Shown here: piece by piece, positions 58,715 through 64,000 of the stretch
How positions within the stretch are numbered: position 1 is the first letter of the stretch
How the letters are laid out: the number at the start of each line of letters is the position of its first letter
IMG/VR virus record: IMGVR_UViG_3300027374_000001
Direction: 5' to 3' (one strand)
Length of the DNA stretch: 64,000 nucleotides
Source: a virus
Lineage: Duplodnaviria; Caudoviricetes
The notes under the pieces: model-generated
What the model was told of the DNA's origin: nothing
The model's input: the letters and a program-made list of their open reading frames with translations, nothing else
The model's database searches: none
Made by a program: the position numbers and the translations under genes

Positions 58715-58759
58715 CTTTCATTCTCCTTATCTTGTATTAATTATTAAAAAGTTTTAGAA

Positions 58760-59380
58760 TCAATAAAAAGGTAATCTCATTGATTCAAAAATTTCATATA
58801 TGGACTCATAATATCCAATCATATTTGACGGGCTCATATTTTTAATGATATTAATCTTAAGTAAATCATTATTAGTGATACTATTTATATTCCTACTAAA
58901 TGAAGTTGTAAATGCATTGTACAGTCCAGCAGCCAATTGGACCATTCCATCTTCATCATATATAAAGTAATCAAATGTAGTTTCACTGGAAATTGCATTA
59001 TTTAGGGTATCATTAATATCATTAAATACATTTAGGAATATATTTCTGCCCATAATTTCATTTTGAATAAGTTCACTATGGGTATAATACATTGATACCT
59101 TGTGTACACACTCATCGAATTCTTCTCTAAACAGAAATACTAATCCGCTTAATATTTGAGTATATGGAATTATCGTGCCTAAGTCAAATGCATATCTATT
59201 ATATATATACATATTAACTCTCAATTCCATTAAGTCTATGCCACAAGTAATTGCTTGTTCAAAATAATCCAATACTTCTCTTTGTGTCACGACAGCATTT
59301 AAAATTTCTAAATCTTTTAATTGTGGTGGGCCCTTTGGAAACATGAAATCCTCTCCTTTTTCATCCATATATATCATCAC
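58760..59380 (-). CDS. hypothetical protein
   Basis: 206-aa ORF. Confidence 0.7.
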   Translation of the reverse strand: MMIYMDEKGEDFMFPKGPPQLKDLEILNAVVTQREVLDYFEQAITCGIDLMELRVNMYIYNRYAFDLGTIIPYTQILSGLVFLFREEFDECVHKVSMYYTHSELIQNEIMGRNIFLNVFNDINDTLNNAISSETTFDYFIYDEDGMVQLAAGLYNAFTTSFSRNINSITNNDLLKINIIKNMSPSNMIGYYESIYEIFESMRLPFY

Positions 59381-59387
59381 TCCTTCT

Positions 59388-60068
59388 TTATATATTTAAC
59401 AGATATCTATATCTGTTAATATCAAATGTATTTGCTCCATATTCTAGAACAGAGAGCTTCTCTATATCTTTTATAGATAAATTCCTTATAAAATTCCTAG
59501 TATTATTATCTATCATATCATTATATTTCATTATATGAATAGCAATACTAGTAGAAATCTCATCTCTGAGCATATTAATCTCTTTAAATTTATCTATAAA
59601 TTCCTTTACCTCCGCTTTATTATTCGGATTGAAATGCCCTCTATTATGATAAAGACTAACTTCTAGATTGTTCTCCAATATAGTAAGTACAATACTCATT
59701 ATGATAGATTGATGAGTAACTTCTTTATTAGAAGAATTTATAAAGTTATAATCTTTAATATTATTTACCCATTTGAATATCCATTCCCTTAATGAGTAAA
59801 CACTGATCATAGAATCAGAGAATATATTTATCACTTTCACATTACTTCTGTATTGTAAAGCAAACTCTACTGCCATTTTAATAGCATAGATTTCAGCCTG
59901 GTTATTTGTGCTGTCTCTCAATGCTATAATCTTCTGATTAACTATTTTATCTCCAACCACTGCTACAAATCCCGGAAGACCTATAGTTTCTCCCCTAATA
60001 TTTTTTGTAGAAGCATCAGTGAAGATATTTAAAGTGTCAGAATTAAAAATTTCATGATATCTAATCAC
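59388..60068 (-). CDS. rnhA: ribonuclease HI
   Basis: IFTDAS, STNNQAEIYAI, IFSDSMISV, HNRGH, NDMID. Confidence 0.88.
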   Translation of the reverse strand: MIRYHEIFNSDTLNIFTDASTKNIRGETIGLPGFVAVVGDKIVNQKIIALRDSTNNQAEIYAIKMAVEFALQYRSNVKVINIFSDSMISVYSLREWIFKWVNNIKDYNFINSSNKEVTHQSIIMSIVLTILENNLEVSLYHNRGHFNPNNKAEVKEFIDKFKEINMLRDEISTSIAIHIMKYNDMIDNNTRNFIRNLSIKDIEKLSVLEYGANTFDINRYRYLLNI

Positions 60069-60079
60069 TTTTCCACTTC

Positions 60080-60289
60080 CTATTCTATTTCATATTCGAT
60101 TTTACGATCATCAAGATATGCTTTTATGATATCAATTTGGTCGTCCGTAGGTCTAATTACGTGAACTTTACCACGGTTAAACGAGTCCACTATAAACCAG
60201 GCATCAACTAATTTTCTTAAAAGATCAGAAAATTTTATAGCTGTTTTATGGTCTTCAAAAACAAAAACCACATTTTTTTGTACATCCAT
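60080..60289 (-). CDS. small hypothetical protein
   Basis: 69 aa, GGAGG SD, class I promoter at 60322-60338. Confidence 0.7.
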   Translation of the reverse strand: MDVQKNVVFVFEDHKTAIKFSDLLRKLVDAWFIVDSFNRGKVHVIRPTDDQIDIIKAYLDDRKIEYEIE

Positions 60290-60369
60290 ATTTTTTATCC
60301 TCCATTTTACACGATTATTTTTTCATTTATATAATATATAATTATTTTAAAATCAAAAAACAAAAAAGA

Positions 60370-60399
60370 TTTCCGGTGCGCGGGAAGACGCACCGGAAA
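60370..60399 (-). terminator. intrinsic terminator
   Basis: TTTCCGGTGCG/CGCACCGGAAA stem plus T tract. Confidence 0.7.
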
Positions 60400-60494
60400 G
60401 GCTTTTATAAAATACAATAAAATGAAAGATAAGATCAATGCATAATCATGAGAGGATTATTTCTTATGCATTTACCATAAGGTTAGGTATATTA

Positions 60495-60863
60495 TTATTT
60501 CTTACAAACGGTAATGTCATCACAATGCATTAAAGCATTCAGATCTAATTTATTAATACACGATTCATCAACGACCACGCATACATTTTCAAGCTGAATC
60601 TTATTGCACATAGCAATTTCAGACATAGCCTCGTTAAATGTAAGCTGCTGATCTTTCATCAGTCTTTCTATGTTCCCAGAGAATTCTACATAATATTTAT
60701 ATCCGTCCCCGTTTACAACAACCTTCTCCGGCGTAAACCCAGTAAGATGTCTTACAGACTCTGATACAGGTTTCATCTTTGAAAACACTTCAATGTTTGC
60801 ATCTTCCATAGATATAGGCATACCAAATTCTGATTCAAGCATAGCACGAACAGTTTCTTTCAT
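60495..60863 (-). CDS. hypothetical protein (late-class promoter)
   Basis: 122 aa, AGGAGG SD, AACA-N6-TA at 60893-60904. Confidence 0.75.
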   Translation of the reverse strand: MKETVRAMLESEFGMPISMEDANIEVFSKMKPVSESVRHLTGFTPEKVVVNGDGYKYYVEFSGNIERLMKDQQLTFNEAMSEIAMCNKIQLENVCVVVDESCINKLDLNALMHCDDITVCKK

Positions 60864-60904
60864 GATTTTAAATTCCTCCTAATTCTTAAAATTAACTATA
60901 TGTT

Positions 60905-61720
60905 TCAAGCTGTGCCATACACCATTCCTCTAATAAGGTTAGGTTTCGGCTCTTCTTCATATACCATTCCTCTAACAAAATTGATATTATTATCATAAGT
61001 ATTGTCAGTTAAAGCATGAGAATTACTATTTCTAATTTCTTTGAGTTTATCGCTCATAATATTATTCATATCCTCCAATGCAGGAATCATATATCTATTT
61101 TCATTGTCTATCATATTTATGGGAATCATAGTTTGCTGCAATAGATTCATATTCAGTTCATTATCAAATGTCTTAGATTTGTCTTCTATAGCCTCTATTT
61201 TTTCTATCAATTCTGGGTCCATCCAACTCTTATAAATATCCATAAACTCTTTATAATCACCAAACACATCTTGACAAGGAATAAAAATGTTTTGACTATG
61301 AACTAATTCATGTACGGTAGTAGATAACGGTATTAAACCTACCATTATAAAATAATGAATATATACTACTTCTTCAGCAACATCTTCTACATCTAGTGAT
61401 TCTCCATAAAATGATCTTTTATTATATACAGTAAGCACTATATCTTCAAGTGTAAATGGAGAATGGTGTAATTCTATTTTTATCTTACTTAATTCTGTAG
61501 CATTAATATTTTTAAAAAAACTACATTCGTTCATATCCATATTTTGTTTTAAATACTGTACTAGTCTTCTATACTCAAGAGAATTTCTAACATCTTTTTT
61601 TACATCTCCAAGATATTTCCTAAATTCTTTTGGATTAAACAAATCATAGTCCTCTTTATCATATTCTGGTATATCTTCCATGGTTATAACCGACGGAGCT
61701 CTTTCTAAACTAACTACCAT
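60905..61720 (-). CDS. hypothetical protein with HNH-like His cluster; paralog of 50352..51098
   Basis: ELHHSPFTLEDI...PLSTTVHELVH; ends with two RGMVY motifs. Confidence 0.72.
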   Translation of the reverse strand: MVVSLERAPSVITMEDIPEYDKEDYDLFNPKEFRKYLGDVKKDVRNSLEYRRLVQYLKQNMDMNECSFFKNINATELSKIKIELHHSPFTLEDIVLTVYNKRSFYGESLDVEDVAEEVVYIHYFIMVGLIPLSTTVHELVHSQNIFIPCQDVFGDYKEFMDIYKSWMDPELIEKIEAIEDKSKTFDNELNMNLLQQTMIPINMIDNENRYMIPALEDMNNIMSDKLKEIRNSNSHALTDNTYDNNINFVRGMVYEEEPKPNLIRGMVYGTA

Positions 61721-61797
61721 AACTTATTCTCCTTTATTAGATTTAATTTGATTGTTTCTACAATGAATTAAATAATTATAAAAAGGAGATTTTAAAA

Positions 61798-62544
61798 ATG
61801 AAGAAAAACAAAACACAAATCACAGATTGTAAACCCATTGGAGAAAGGTATTCAGAATCTTTAGATGTAAAATTCTTTGATGCGTCAAAAACACCTATCA
61901 TATTCAATTTCAATGTAGAAACAGATCTTAAACCGGGATTTGTCTCTTTTACCACAGGGTTTAATAATAATCCAGAGTATGATAGTACATTTATTCTATC
62001 TTCTAAAGCAGCATTAAAACTAGGAGAAATGCTAATTGAAGCGTCAAGAGGCGCGGATGAAAGAAGATTAACAGACCATAGTGCGATCATATGCGAAGGT
62101 AAGTTATCATATATGATATTAAAAGGATGGGTAGACCATATTAGAGTTATTAGAGATTTTACTCATTTAGATGATTACCCTTCACCAAAGTTTTATGCAT
62201 ACACATTTAAAGCTTATGAAAAAGATAATCGAGAACCTATATTCGCATATAAAGCTATTATGGATTTGCAATTCTCAAGAATTGAAGATTTTAAATACTG
62301 GTTAGATTGTTTTTCTAATGGTGGTAAAGTGAAAATATATTTTGATAATTATGATCCAGAAAAAGAAGCGGCAAAAGAAGAAGAAAAATTAAAAGATAGG
62401 GCATTGGATTCCATTGCTAAATTAAAAATAGAAAAGGATATGGCTCTTCCTCCATTATCAAAACAAATTGATTCAAATTGTAAAATTCCTAAACCGCTTG
62501 GAAGTTCAGATTCGACTTCAGATTTTACTAATTTTAAAAAATAA
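61798..62544 (+). CDS. hypothetical protein
   Basis: 248 aa, AAGGAG SD. Confidence 0.75.
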   Translation: MKKNKTQITDCKPIGERYSESLDVKFFDASKTPIIFNFNVETDLKPGFVSFTTGFNNNPEYDSTFILSSKAALKLGEMLIEASRGADERRLTDHSAIICEGKLSYMILKGWVDHIRVIRDFTHLDDYPSPKFYAYTFKAYEKDNREPIFAYKAIMDLQFSRIEDFKYWLDCFSNGGKVKIYFDNYDPEKEAAKEEEKLKDRALDSIAKLKIEKDMALPPLSKQIDSNCKIPKPLGSSDSTSDFTNFKK

Positions 62545-62565
62545 AAAATTAGTAACAAAAAACTA

Positions 62566-62606
62566 AGAGGGGGGAGGGGCCCCACAGAATGTGGGGAGGG
62601 GGGAGA
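62566..62606. repeat. perfect 14-bp homopurine mirror repeat / four G-tracts
   Basis: AGAGGGGGGAGGGG-CCCCACAGAATGT-GGGGAGGGGGGAGA. Confidence 0.75.
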
Positions 62607-62766
62607 TAGATATCCTCCATCAGTATAAGTTATAATAAATAGGGACGAGGATAAAACCGAGGACCGAAAATAATAAATTGGTAGTAAGTAAATGGAGGAG
62701 AATAGTTAAAGGTTACCAGGGACAAGGTATACCGTGTGTCAAACTGATTTTTTAAGGAGATAAATA

Positions 62767-63543
62767 ATGAAAAAATTATTAAAAAAAATATTTATCAGAT
62801 TATATAATAAACTTATAGAACCAGAAAATATTGAATGGGAAAATAAGAATTATGGAAATATCGAAATGGCTGATGTATTCAAAGTTATATACTCTAATAA
62901 TTATCAAAAAATATGTAAAGATACCAAATATCATCAACTATTATCATTAATCTCATTTGAAATTACAATAAATACAGAATCAGAAAGCTTAATAGATTTT
63001 TTAAAACTATCTGAATTAACTACAGAAACTATGATACGATCTCATATGATAAATTATCCTATTATGGAATTAGTATGGTCAACAGATAATAAATATATCA
63101 CAATAAAATTACGTGGTAATATAGCACTCTTCAAAGATTTATGCTTATCATTACGACATAATATAATTGCAAAATATATTAGAAATTATTTGTTTCCAAA
63201 GGATTATATATCTGAATTATCTACAATATCAGTAGAAGAAAGATTTGAAAATGAATATATCTATGGATTAGATCATCCAAATAAAGATATAGACATATTG
63301 TTTATTGAAAATGATAACTTCAAAAATCCACTAATAGGATTATCATTTAAAGACTTACCAACTCAATTACAACCATATCATTGTATAACTTATAATGATA
63401 GAAAAATAATTATAGTTCCAATAAAAAATATAAATCTGGATCTTATGAATTTAGATATACCTGAGAAGTATAATACAATAATTTCTAATATACATACAAT
63501 TATAGACCCCTATAAGGACATTGACGAAATTATAGAGGACTAA
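62767..63543 (+). CDS. hypothetical protein
   Basis: 258 aa, AAGGAG SD. Confidence 0.7.
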   Translation: MKKLLKKIFIRLYNKLIEPENIEWENKNYGNIEMADVFKVIYSNNYQKICKDTKYHQLLSLISFEITINTESESLIDFLKLSELTTETMIRSHMINYPIMELVWSTDNKYITIKLRGNIALFKDLCLSLRHNIIAKYIRNYLFPKDYISELSTISVEERFENEYIYGLDHPNKDIDILFIENDNFKNPLIGLSFKDLPTQLQPYHCITYNDRKIIIVPIKNINLDLMNLDIPEKYNTIISNIHTIIDPYKDIDEIIED

Positions 63544-63571
63544 AATAAAATTAATAAGGAGTGTATATCTC

Positions 63572-64000
63572 ATGAAACAGAAAAACACAAACCAAAAAGC
63601 ACAAAAACAACAGCCATCTCCAATCATTATTACAAACTATACAAAGGATTTTGATTCTTTTATAGAAGCTATTAATGAATTAAGAGAATTAGATCCGGAG
63701 ATTAAAAGAATACTGGCAACAGATAGTAATATTGATAACGAAGAATATCGCGAAGCAGATACTACATATGCTGCAGCCAGAGATGTATATACGTATTTTG
63801 CTGATATTTTCCCAGACATTGTAGAAAGAAAGAATCTTCATACTTCTGTTACAATTTCAGCAACAAGAGTAACACTTAAAACCAATTCTTTCTTTACCAT
63901 AGGATGGAATTTCAAATATGATAAGGAAAATAAAATAACCAATGTTAAAGTGAATATTACCACATTTACCCGAGAAAACAAGATGTTACTTATTAATGAA
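63572..64000 (+). CDS. hypothetical protein, 5' part (runs off window end)
   Basis: ATG at 63572 after AAGGAG; open frame MKQKNTNQKAQKQQPSPIII... to the edge. Confidence 0.65.
   Translation, partial: MKQKNTNQKAQKQQPSPIIITNYTKDFDSFIEAINELRELDPEIKRILATDSNIDNEEYREADTTYAAARDVYTYFADIFPDIVERKNLHTSVTISATRVTLKTNSFFTIGWNFKYDKENKITNVKVNITTFTRENKMLLINE

Noticed and set aside
790-63819. Many short antisense ORFs in the six-frame track (e.g. 8760..9167, 57402..57905, 61776..62090)
   Set aside because: Shadow frames opposite well-supported genes, without SD sites and with atypical composition

Overview
AT-rich, gene-dense 64 kb segment of a jumbo bacteriophage, probably AR9/PBS1- or phiKZ-grade with a Firmicutes-type host (strong GGAGG SD sites, Bacillota-like tRNAs). 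Most genes are on the minus strand. It encodes three split multisubunit RNA polymerase pieces (beta C-terminal, beta' N-terminal with ADFDGD, beta' C-terminal), type IIA topoisomerase A and B subunits, DnaB, a Dda/RecD-like helicase, SbcD, RNase H, a PD-(D/E)XK nuclease, a PolB-like palm protein, a kinase-like protein, baseplate/virion proteins and two tRNAs. Two promoter motifs recur: TATATTAT-N5-TGAA and the AR9-late-like AACA-N6-TA. The main highlight lies between gyrB and gyrA: a nuclease-less Nop/IS110-like protein followed by a dual-repeat array with a 38-nt period and 9-nt spacers, which looks like a TIGR-Tas (TasA-type) RNA-guided system with a variant repeat motif. Two more orphan arrays with the same grammar sit in the 3' UTRs of other operons. 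Other highlights are a ~360-nt GC-rich structured RNA candidate between the two tRNAs, a short linear motif (GM[IV]YE) at the termini of five unrelated proteins, and a perfect homopurine mirror repeat near the coding-strand switch. All calls come from reading the sequence; no database searches were run.
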